DNA of 62,762 nt, the filler included, from Nitrospinota bacterium (GTDB taxonomy: Bacteria > JAUXIQ01): the NCBI GenBank assembly GCA_030620925.1. It is 5 parts of 5 records of this genome, joined end to end, with 100 filler letters (N's around TTAATTAATTAA, not from the genome) between each part and the next. Parts side by side here need not be neighbours in the genome. Positions count along the whole stretch, not along the records: positions 39,515 to 62,762 come from JAUXIQ010000004.1; 4 more parts are not named here. One strand, given 5' to 3'. The position numbers and the translations under genes are program-made. How positions within the stretch are numbered: the first letter of the stretch is position 1; the number at the start of each line of letters is the position of its first letter. The notes under the pieces were generated by a model that worked only from the letters and a program-made list of their open reading frames with translations, was not told where the DNA came from and did not search any database. Positions 50,090-58,761 of the stretch are shown here, in pieces.

Positions 50090-51496
50090 ATGAAACAAAA
50101 ACCCATTTCCCTTGTCCTGGGAACCACCCTCCTGATTACCATCGCACTTTCATGTCCGGGAAAAGTCGGGGCAGATACTCATGTTAACAAGGGGATCGCC
50201 TACTTTGAGAAAGACGATTACGCGCGGGCTGCTGCTGAGCTGGAAATAGCCGTAAAGGAACGGCCGGAGGTGGCCGGCCTCAGAAGCCTGCTGGGTATTT
50301 CCTATCTCCAAACGGGTAAACTTCAGGCCGGGTTGCAGCAGCTCGAAAAGGCCCTGGCGCTGGAACCGCAAAACGTCCAGACACGCTACAACATAGGGTG
50401 GGCCTACTACAAGCTGGGGCGCAGCGAGGAAGCCGTCAAACAGCTTCGGGCCGTCCTGCAGGTAAAACCCGATTTCCATGAGGCCCTTTACACTCTGGGA
50501 TTGGCCCTCACCAATCTGAAAAAACATCATCAGGCGGTGGTGGTGCTTAAACGGGGGGTGAGGCGCTACCCCCGTTCCGCGGAAATGCGCAGCGCCCTGG
50601 GCCTGGCCCTCAACGCCGAAGGTAATTTCAAGAAAGCGGCGAAACAGTTCAGGAAAGCCCTGGAACTTGATCCCCGTTACGCCGGCGACCGGTACAACCT
50701 GGCCCTCACCCTCCACAGGCTGGGCCGCCACGAGGAAGCCGCGGCGCAGGCCGAAAAAGCCATATCTCTCGACCCCGCCATGGAGGACGGCTACCGGCTC
50801 CTGGCCCGGCTTTACACCGCCCAGGGCAAAGATGAAAAAGCCATCGAAGCCTACCGGTCGTTAATAGAAAAGTTCGCAGGAGGCACCGCCGAGGATAACC
50901 ACCGGTTGGGAGTCCTTTACCACCGATGGGGGCAGGCGGATAAAGCCGCCATCCCCTTAAAAGAGTGCCTGCAAAAGAACAGGAAACATTTCGACTGCGC
51001 TTTCCTGCTGGGAGAAATCCATCGCGTCGCCGGAAAACTGAAGGAAGCCAAAAGATATTACGGCCTGGCGGCAGCCATAGACCCCCATTCGCACGAAACC
51101 CATTACCTGTTGGGAACGGTGAGCCAGAGCCTGGGCGAGCATGGCCAGGCCGAAAGCCACTTCAAGGAGGCGCTGAAAATAGAGCCGGGTCTGGCCGCCG
51201 CCCATAACAACCTGGGTGCCCTCTACGATGACCAAGGTAGGTACGAGGAAGCGATAAAAGAGTATCAGGCGGCTTTAAAACTGGAGCCCGAGAGCCCGGA
51301 TACATATAACAACCTTGGTGTTACGTTGTTCAAGATGGAAAAATACAAAGAAGCGGAACTGGCCTACCTCAAAGCTCTCGAGCTTAACCCCGGCTCCGCC
51401 AGTATCCACAAGAACCTCGGGCTGGTCTATCAGAAACTGGGATTGCACGACAAGGCTTCAGAGGAGTTCAAGAAAGCGTCGCAGGGCGGGTTATAA
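50090..51496 (+). CDS. exported TPR protein
   Basis: Signal-like N-terminus and many TPR units; the stop codon lies in a REP loop. Confidence 0.9.
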   Translation: MKQKPISLVLGTTLLITIALSCPGKVGADTHVNKGIAYFEKDDYARAAAELEIAVKERPEVAGLRSLLGISYLQTGKLQAGLQQLEKALALEPQNVQTRYNIGWAYYKLGRSEEAVKQLRAVLQVKPDFHEALYTLGLALTNLKKHHQAVVVLKRGVRRYPRSAEMRSALGLALNAEGNFKKAAKQFRKALELDPRYAGDRYNLALTLHRLGRHEEAAAQAEKAISLDPAMEDGYRLLARLYTAQGKDEKAIEAYRSLIEKFAGGTAEDNHRLGVLYHRWGQADKAAIPLKECLQKNRKHFDCAFLLGEIHRVAGKLKEAKRYYGLAAAIDPHSHETHYLLGTVSQSLGEHGQAESHFKEALKIEPGLAAAHNNLGALYDDQGRYEEAIKEYQAALKLEPESPDTYNNLGVTLFKMEKYKEAELAYLKALELNPGSASIHKNLGLVYQKLGLHDKASEEFKKASQGGL

Positions 51497-51910
51497 ACCC
51501 GCCCCTACGTGCCCAACCAGGTGTTCGAGGGCGGGTTCGCGGGACCGCCCCTACGTAGTGCCTTGGTGGTTTGGTATTCGTAGAGGGGATTCAGCCTGCC
51601 GCGGGACGAAGAATCTCGCCCACCCTTGCAAATCCCACGTTCCAAAGTGTAGTAGGGGCAGGCCCCTGTGCCTGCCCTATAGGATTTACGCCAAAAGCGA
51701 CCGGGTAGGGGCGCAGTCCTGAGGAAAGCGGGACACCCCTACGAGACGTTGTTGGAAACGTTGGTTGTCGTAGGGGCGGGTTTGAAACCCGCCCTATAAT
51801 GACAATTATACGGAAACAGCGGGTTATACCCCGCGGCGCGGGACCGCCCCTACGTGCCCAACCAGGTGTTCGAGGGCGGGTTATATCCCGCGGCGCGGGG
51901 CCGCCCCCAG
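51484..51910. repeat. REP/BIME-like palindrome cluster between convergent genes
   Basis: Multiple GTAGGGGC...GCCCCTAC palindromes; 39-bp direct repeat at 51499-51537 and 51844-51882. Confidence 0.85.
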
Positions 51911-51933
51911 GCGGCCGAATAATGCATCATAAA

Positions 51934-52932
51934 TCAGTCTCTTACGGTGAAAAGGCCCTTGCGGATGGCCTCAGCCAACACCTCGCGCGGTTTGATCATG
52001 TAGGGCCCTTCGTCGGTGAGTTTTATGGAGGCTTGATCCGCAGCGGAAATGACTATCTCCCTCTCCCCGTCCAGGGCGATGACCGCGGGTTTGAAATCCA
52101 CTTCGACCTCCTCCCCCACATCCAGGAGCCGGTGCTCCAGCACGTCCACGGCCTCCACCATACCCGGCGCTACGGGGGCCATCACGCTGAATCCTCCCTC
52201 CCCCACCTTCAGGTAGGCGCCGCGGGGATCGGTTATGCTCACCGGCGCCAGCGAAGCGGCGATGGAGGACATGCCTATGTTACCCGGTTCGCACCAGGTG
52301 GTGACGATCTGTTTCAGCCTGGAGACATCCCAGATGGCGCGGCTGCCGGTGAACAGCGCATCGTAGACCACGGCGTCCACCAGGGCCATATCCCGGTAAC
52401 TACCGTTAATGAAGACGTCCAGCCTCTTGGTCCTGAAGACTACCCCCTCCTGCTCAACCTCTCCTCTGGCCAGCAGGCCGGCAGCCATTCCGGCGGTAGT
52501 GCTCTCCATCATGTAGGGGAAGACGTTGTTGGTCCCCGTGGATAGAGGCAGCAGTGGAATATCCCCGCATCCCTTGGAAACCACGCGGTTGGTGCCGTCT
52601 CCGCCCAGGGTGATGATGCAACCGACGCCCCTCTCCTTCATGAGAGAGGCGGCCAGCGTGCTGTCCTCCTGCCTCCCCTCCACCATCATATCCAGCCACT
52701 CAACGCTGTAAGGAAGACAGGGGTCGCCGTCCATTGAGTTGAGGGCCTTTCTCCCTATGGAGAAGGTATCCGGCATGAACAGCACTTCCTCGACATCCGC
52801 CCAGGCCAGGCCGATGAGAATCCTTTGAACGATATTTATCTTCTCGTTGTTGCTGAAAACCGTCCCCCTGGCCACCAGACGCCTTATGTCTTTTCCGGAG
52901 GCCGGGTTGGCGATTATGCCTACCTTGGACAT
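51934..52932 (-). CDS. AcoX-like ATP-NAD kinase family protein
   Basis: VGIIANPASGKDIRRLVA, LGGDGTNR, STGTNNVFP, ALDGERE. Confidence 0.88.
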   Translation of the reverse strand: MSKVGIIANPASGKDIRRLVARGTVFSNNEKINIVQRILIGLAWADVEEVLFMPDTFSIGRKALNSMDGDPCLPYSVEWLDMMVEGRQEDSTLAASLMKERGVGCIITLGGDGTNRVVSKGCGDIPLLPLSTGTNNVFPYMMESTTAGMAAGLLARGEVEQEGVVFRTKRLDVFINGSYRDMALVDAVVYDALFTGSRAIWDVSRLKQIVTTWCEPGNIGMSSIAASLAPVSITDPRGAYLKVGEGGFSVMAPVAPGMVEAVDVLEHRLLDVGEEVEVDFKPAVIALDGEREIVISAADQASIKLTDEGPYMIKPREVLAEAIRKGLFTVRD

Positions 52933-52971
52933 TTCTTCACCCTTTTATACGATTCGCTCAACGGCACCGCT

Positions 52972-53787
52972 CTATCCCGCCCGGCGCGTTGCTCGCTCGG
53001 ATACGCCGGAGGAGCTATAGGAAATCGGGCGCACCCCGGCTTCCTCCAGCATCCTCCGCAGCGGGTCAAAGCATGCGGGCTCCATGTTCACCCGCAGGCC
53101 CAGGAGGCGGCCGAAGTGATCCGCCAGCCTCCTCCTCACCTCACCTTCCTCCGGAAGCCGTCCCAGCAGTCTGGCCACGGAAGTCATGCTCGCTGCATGC
53201 AACCCGCACGGTTTTATGAGCTGGAAATGGTTGAAATCGGGATGGATATTAAAAGCGAACCCGTGAGTGGTGATCCACTTTCGAACGTTTATTCCTATGG
53301 AGGCGATCTTTTCCTGCCCCACCCACACACCTACCAGCCCCTCCTTCCTCTGCGCAGAGATACCCATATCGGCCAGGGTGCGTATGATGGTCTCCTCCAC
53401 CCTCCTGACGTAGCGATGGAGGTCTCGACCGTGGTATCGGAGATCAATTATGGGATAGCCCACTATCTGCCCCGGCCCGTGGTAAGTGACTTCGCCGCCC
53501 CGGTCTATATGGAAGACCCGTATGCCTTCGCTTTCCAGTATTTTTTCGGAAACCAGGATGTCTTTCTCGCTTCCCCCTCTGCCCACGGTAAATACAGGTG
53601 GATGTTCCAGGAGGAGGAGGGTATCTGAGAGTTCACCATCGGTCACTGCTTTGGCTATATCCCTCTGTAGCTTCAGGCCCGGGTCGTAGTCGATCTTCCC
53701 CAGGTTAACCACCTTGAGCTCCCTCCCTCCTTCGCTATGGAGGGGCGGATAGGAACCATTCTTTCGTCTGCAGGCATCCTCAGCCAT
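52972..53787 (-). CDS. lipB: lipoyl(octanoyl) transferase
   Basis: LLEHPPVFTVG, RGGEVTYHGPGQ, KIASIG, HGFAFN, PCG. Confidence 0.95.
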   Translation of the reverse strand: MAEDACRRKNGSYPPLHSEGGRELKVVNLGKIDYDPGLKLQRDIAKAVTDGELSDTLLLLEHPPVFTVGRGGSEKDILVSEKILESEGIRVFHIDRGGEVTYHGPGQIVGYPIIDLRYHGRDLHRYVRRVEETIIRTLADMGISAQRKEGLVGVWVGQEKIASIGINVRKWITTHGFAFNIHPDFNHFQLIKPCGLHAASMTSVARLLGRLPEEGEVRRRLADHFGRLLGLRVNMEPACFDPLRRMLEEAGVRPISYSSSGVSERATRRAG

Positions 53788-53980
53788 TAAACCTCTTCCT
53801 TTATGACGTCCGAAACGACATGTCCCCGACGGTTCTCTAACTATATTAACAATTAAAGTCAGCGGTCAACAGCAATTTTATGGGTATTTATAATGCTCGG
53901 AAGTCCCCGGAAAAGGAAATGGGTTCTCTCCTGAAGGGTATTCACACCATGAAGGCGAGGGTATATAACGGGCGGGTTTA

Positions 53981-55372
53981 TCACATGCCGTATTGTTTGG
54001 CTTTGTAGAACAGCGTCTTGTAGTCCACCTTCAACAGGCGAGCGGCCTTGCTCTTGTTGCCCTCGGTTATTTCCAAGGCCTTGGAGATGACCTCCCGTTC
54101 TATCTCCTGGACGTTTTTTTTCATCATCTCTTTCATGGTGCGGCCATCTTTAAAGTCTTTCTCTATTTCCATGCTGGTGGGTGAAGAGAACGTTTCCTTG
54201 ACACCGATGGGGAGGTCTTTAGGCTGAAGAACGTTGTCGCATAGAAGAGTGGCCTGGCGGACAATATTTCTGAGCTCCCGGACGTTACCCGGGTAATGGT
54301 AATTCATCAGTATCTTGAAAGCATCTTCGGAAATTACCGGAACCTCTTTGCCCAGATTCTGGCAGGTTTCTCCCAGGAAGCGCCTGGCCAGGAAAATGAT
54401 ATCCTCTTTGCGCTTCCTCAAGGGGGGAACGTCTATGGCAAATTCATTAAGGCGGTAGTAAAGGTCCTGCCGGAACTCGTTCCTTTCCACCTTGGTCGCC
54501 AGGGGTACGTTGGTAGCCGATATGATGCGCACATCGACCTCCACATCCTCCTTGGCTCCCAGAGGTAGGATTTTCCTCTCCTGCAACACTCTCAGCAACT
54601 TCTTCTGATTATTGAGAGAAAGGTTGGTTATCTCGTCGAGGAAGAGCGTCCCTCCACTGGCGGTGGCAAAATGACCTTCCTTGCTTCTGTCCGCACCGGT
54701 GAAAGCTCCCCGCATGTACCCGAAAAGCTCGCTTTCCATCAGGCTGTCGGGGATGGCTGCGCAGTCGATAGCCAGGAAAGGCCGTTCATAGCGATGGCTC
54801 AGTTGATGAATGGTTCTGGCGACTATTTCCTTTCCGGTGCCCGTTTCACCCTGGATGGTCACTGCGTAATCGGTTTTAGCAACTCTTTCTATCTCGTGCT
54901 GCAGCTTTTCTACATGTTTGCTGTTGCCCATCTGTTCGAAGATGTTCTGACTGCCCAGGCGCTGTTTGAGTTCTTTGATTTCACTCACCAGCAGGCTTTT
55001 CTCGATGGCTCTTTTAAGAACGAAAAGTATCTCTTCTATTTCCAGGGGTTTGGTCAGAAAGTCGTAAGCGCCCAGCTTCATAGCCCGCACCGCCGACTGC
55101 ACGTCGCCGTAAGCGGTGAGCATGATGACCGGAATGTCTAAATCCTTGTCTTTTATTTGAGCCAGGGCGGACAGACCGTCCATCACGGGCATTTTGATGT
55201 CCATGAGAACAGCATCAGGTATGATTTCTTCGAACGTATCCAGGGCGCCTTTCCCGTCATTGGCACACCAGACCTTATAGCCTTTGTTGCTGAGAAAGTC
55301 CTTTAGCAAGATACATATTTCATTGTCGTCATCAACTACTAAAATCTTTGCTTTTTCGTTTCCCGACGTCAT
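53981..55372 (-). CDS. sigma-54-dependent NtrC-family response regulator
   Basis: REC domain, GETGTGKE, GAFTGA, LFLDEI, YPGNVREL, Fis HTH. Confidence 0.96.
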   Translation of the reverse strand: MTSGNEKAKILVVDDDNEICILLKDFLSNKGYKVWCANDGKGALDTFEEIIPDAVLMDIKMPVMDGLSALAQIKDKDLDIPVIMLTAYGDVQSAVRAMKLGAYDFLTKPLEIEEILFVLKRAIEKSLLVSEIKELKQRLGSQNIFEQMGNSKHVEKLQHEIERVAKTDYAVTIQGETGTGKEIVARTIHQLSHRYERPFLAIDCAAIPDSLMESELFGYMRGAFTGADRSKEGHFATASGGTLFLDEITNLSLNNQKKLLRVLQERKILPLGAKEDVEVDVRIISATNVPLATKVERNEFRQDLYYRLNEFAIDVPPLRKRKEDIIFLARRFLGETCQNLGKEVPVISEDAFKILMNYHYPGNVRELRNIVRQATLLCDNVLQPKDLPIGVKETFSSPTSMEIEKDFKDGRTMKEMMKKNVQEIEREVISKALEITEGNKSKAARLLKVDYKTLFYKAKQYGM

Positions 55373-56495
55373 CCTGATATTCCTTCAAACTTTCAATACT
55401 AAACTCGTCGTATGGGAGATACACAGAAAGTTGAATACCCCCCTCATCATGGGAATTGAGCACTATCTTGCCCCCATGATCTCTTACTGCATCAATGCAT
55501 GATTTTGTGGCGAGAGTTTCCAGGGTTACGTTATCATAAATATTGGAAACATTTTTGGCTTCAGTTTGAGATTTATTATACACCGTTGTAAACTTTATGG
55601 CCAAATACTTATTATTACCCTCTTCTGAAATCGGAATAGCTGAAAAAGCTATATAAGTACCCGGAATAACGACCTCCCCCAGGCGTAAAAGGATGCTGAG
55701 CACAGTGAGCACCAACTCGTTTTTCTTCCCCTGCACGATGGGCAAATAGGGCGGTATGGCCTTAACCAGCACGATCTGTTTCTGAGCGCCGTAATATTTA
55801 TAGAAAAACGATGCTTCGCTGAAGATATCCCCGATGTGCAACTGGCTCCATTCTTCCCCATCCGTCTGGAAAAGGGAGTGATACCTTTCAAAGCACTGTC
55901 TCATAATCTCTATTTGGCTCCATATTTTGTGTAATGGTTCGGCAATACCATTGTCATCATTTTTACTATCCATTTCCTCCATAAGTAGTTGTAATCTTCC
56001 AACCACGACCTGAAGGGAATTGAATATTCGGTGAGTCAACTGTGAGACGAGTTTACCCATCAGGGCATATCTTTCCCCCGTATACTCTGTCTCAAATATT
56101 TCGCCGATCGATGGAGTGCCCAGCATTAGAAGAACGTATTCGTCTGAGTCTATATGGAGATTTAAAAGGGTTACGCTGTATCGAAGGCCCTCCTCCTCAC
56201 CCACATGGAAGTCAAGGCAAGGGGAGTAGGCGGTGCCTTTCTCAGTTGCTTCTTGCATCAACTCCTCAAGGGATTCAGCCGTATGGGGAGAAATATTCAA
56301 CAAAATCTCCGTCCCCGTATCCTCGTTGTGCTCTTCCTTCACCAGGGAGCGGGCGGCACCGGAAACTTCAATAACACGTCCTCCATCCTTATCCAGCAGA
56401 AGCGTTCCTTTGCAGGGATTTGGGGCCGTTTGTGCTTCTATTTGTTCGGAGTGAGGCGTAGTCCCCATGATTACAGTTCCCCCTTCAGTCTCCAC
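55332..56495 (-). CDS. degenerate histidine-kinase-like protein
   Basis: H-box-like LVSQLTHRIFNSL; N, G1 and G2 boxes not recognisable; HGGKI remnant. Confidence 0.65.
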   Translation of the reverse strand: METEGGTVIMGTTPHSEQIEAQTAPNPCKGTLLLDKDGGRVIEVSGAARSLVKEEHNEDTGTEILLNISPHTAESLEELMQEATEKGTAYSPCLDFHVGEEEGLRYSVTLLNLHIDSDEYVLLMLGTPSIGEIFETEYTGERYALMGKLVSQLTHRIFNSLQVVVGRLQLLMEEMDSKNDDNGIAEPLHKIWSQIEIMRQCFERYHSLFQTDGEEWSQLHIGDIFSEASFFYKYYGAQKQIVLVKAIPPYLPIVQGKKNELVLTVLSILLRLGEVVIPGTYIAFSAIPISEEGNNKYLAIKFTTVYNKSQTEAKNVSNIYDNVTLETLATKSCIDAVRDHGGKIVLNSHDEGGIQLSVYLPYDEFSIESLKEYQDDVGKRKSKDFSS

Positions 56496-56586
56496 GATGG
56501 CTGCAGCTGATATTCTTTATCCGTTAGAATCCATTATCTTAAATAGGTTTGTCCGTGTATACCTATCCTTATGGACTCAAATCAAG

Positions 56587-56614
56587 TTTTCGGCAGATTT
56601 AACGGAAATCTTTA
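56587..56614 (-). promoter_or_regulatory. sigma-28-like promoter of the kinase-like/NtrC operon
   Basis: Minus strand reads TAAA-N16-GCCGAAAA. Confidence 0.45.
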
Positions 56615-56855
56615 ATTCCAAGGCATAAAATCGAGGGCTGAAGGTTCAATCAGGGGGGTAGTGCCAAATTATCTGACCGGAAATCAAACTCTTTTGGTCT
56701 CGCAGAAAATAATCCCCCTTTTTCTTGCATTGAACCACTCTTTCTGCTATTTGTGAGAAGGTAAAACCAGTGAGAAGTAGGAAAAGGGTCAATTAGAAGG
56801 TTCTTATTAAGAAGGCGGTCTATGGATGATCCGCCGAAGATGGGGGGAAAACAAT

Positions 56856-58391
56856 ATGCTTCTGAGCGACCTGGTCTATCTCAACGCCCAAAAACGGCCC
56901 CATAAGACCGCAGTTTCCTGCGATGGAGAGAGTTTTACCTCCCAGGAATTTTATGGGAGGATTAACCGCCTGGCCAACGCTCTCCTGAAACTATGCGAGC
57001 GTGGAGACAGGGTCGCCGTCCTCCAGGAGAACTCTAGCCAGTATTTCGAGGCATACTTCGGTATTCCCGCGGCCGGCATGGTTCTCAACCATATCAACTA
57101 TCGCCTCAGCCCTCGTGAAATGGCCCATGTAATCAATCACGCTCAGGCTAAGGCATTGATTTTAGGGGATAACTTCGTAGATGCCATGGAGCCTCTCCGA
57201 GATTCCCTGGAAACGGTGGAAAATTTCATCTGTGTGGGTGAGCCCCGGCCGGGGATGCTGAATTACGAAGAAATGCTTGAAGATTCGTCGGACGCAGAGC
57301 CCGGTCTGGACCTGAAGGACACCGACCTGGCCTGGCTGATGTACACTAGCGGCACAACGGGGTTCCCCAAGGGAGTTATGTGCACCCATAAGAGCCTGAT
57401 TGCCGGCGTCCATTCCACCATGCTGGAGACACCCTGCTCAGAAGAGGACGTTTTCCTCAACGTCTTTCCCCTCTGCCACATGGCCAGCTACTCGGCCATG
57501 GTGGCGCTGCATCACGGCTGCAAGGTCATCATCTCTCCCCGCTTCGATCCCCGGAATGTCCTGGAAACCATCCAGAACCAGCGCGTGACGAACATTTCGC
57601 TGGCCCCTACCATGATAAACTTCGTTCTGGAATATCCGGGAATCGATGATTACGACACCAGCACGCTCTCCTGCATTCGATACGGCGCCTCGCCCATCCC
57701 GGAAAACGTGCTGAGAAAAGGCATCAAACGCTTCGGGAGCATCTTCCACCAGGGGTACGGGATGACGGAGACATGCTCCGCCGTCACCCTACTCAAGCCG
57801 TCCGAGCACATAGTGGACGGCACGGAAAAGGAGACGCGGCGGCTGAGATCCTGCGGGAAACCGGTACTGACCGCCGTCCTTCGAGTGGTAAAAGACGACG
57901 GCACTGACGTGAAACCGGACGAAATAGGGGAAATCATCATAAGGGGGGACATGTTAACCACCGGCTACTGGCACAACCCCGAGGCCACCGCGGAAGCTCT
58001 GCGCGACGGATGGCTGCACAGCGGCGACCTGGGCACTATGGATGAAGACGGCTACATCTATATCGTCGAGCGCAAGAAAGACATGATAATCACCGGCGCC
58101 GAAAACGTCTACCCCAACGAGGTGGAAACCGCCATCTACACCCACCCCGCCGTGATGGATGCCGCAGTCATCGGCCTCCCGGACGACACCTGGGGAGAAA
58201 TGGTCACCGCGGTGGTTGTCCTCAGGGATGGGGAAAGCGCCACCGAGGAGGATATCATCGACTTCTGCCGCAACCACATGGCCGGCTATAAAAAACCGAA
58301 AAAGGTCTTTTTCACCGACGAGCTGCCCAGGAACCCCAGCGGCAAGGTTTTGCGCAAGGAACTGCGCGAAAAATACGGGACCTCAGCATAA
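56856..58391 (+). CDS. acyl-CoA synthetase (long-chain fatty-acid-CoA ligase family)
   Basis: YTSGTTGFPKG, GYGMTE, GWLHSGD, RKKDMII, LPRNPSGK. Confidence 0.94.
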   Translation: MLLSDLVYLNAQKRPHKTAVSCDGESFTSQEFYGRINRLANALLKLCERGDRVAVLQENSSQYFEAYFGIPAAGMVLNHINYRLSPREMAHVINHAQAKALILGDNFVDAMEPLRDSLETVENFICVGEPRPGMLNYEEMLEDSSDAEPGLDLKDTDLAWLMYTSGTTGFPKGVMCTHKSLIAGVHSTMLETPCSEEDVFLNVFPLCHMASYSAMVALHHGCKVIISPRFDPRNVLETIQNQRVTNISLAPTMINFVLEYPGIDDYDTSTLSCIRYGASPIPENVLRKGIKRFGSIFHQGYGMTETCSAVTLLKPSEHIVDGTEKETRRLRSCGKPVLTAVLRVVKDDGTDVKPDEIGEIIIRGDMLTTGYWHNPEATAEALRDGWLHSGDLGTMDEDGYIYIVERKKDMIITGAENVYPNEVETAIYTHPAVMDAAVIGLPDDTWGEMVTAVVVLRDGESATEEDIIDFCRNHMAGYKKPKKVFFTDELPRNPSGKVLRKELREKYGTSA

Positions 58392-58437
58392 CTAAGACGT
58401 GCGATGCTATAGCGGGCCGTGCGTAAAGGTATGAACC

Positions 58438-58722
58438 ATGAGTATAACAGTGATCTTTCACTCTAATCTGAGTAGAATAACCGGCCGGGAGAAGGTGGAA
58501 ATGGATGCCTCTTACGAGGACGTAAGCTCGCTCCTGAATGGGTTGACCGCCATGTTTCCCTCTCTGAAGGAAGAGTTATACGATAATAACGGACAGTTGG
58601 ATTTTGAGTACCAGATTCTCCTCAACGGCAGCAGCATTAACGCCAAGGGAGGGCCCTCCGCACCTCTCGAGGACGGTGATGAAATTACTTTCCTCATGCC
58701 CTTGAGCGGAGGTCTGGCATGA
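58438..58722 (+). CDS. MoaD/ThiS ubiquitin-like sulfur carrier
   Basis: ILLNG, LEDGDEI, PLSGG followed by LA. Confidence 0.88.
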   Translation: MSITVIFHSNLSRITGREKVEMDASYEDVSSLLNGLTAMFPSLKEELYDNNGQLDFEYQILLNGSSINAKGGPSAPLEDGDEITFLMPLSGGLA

Positions 58723-58761
58723 TCCGAAACATACGATTCCATCAAGCATCTTCACTGGGGG

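Noticed and set aside
51484-51910. CRISPR array or real ORFs (51315-51722, 51799-52545)
   Set aside because: Irregular spacing, mixed orientations and repeated linkers; the ORFs are repeat-derived or antisense shadows.
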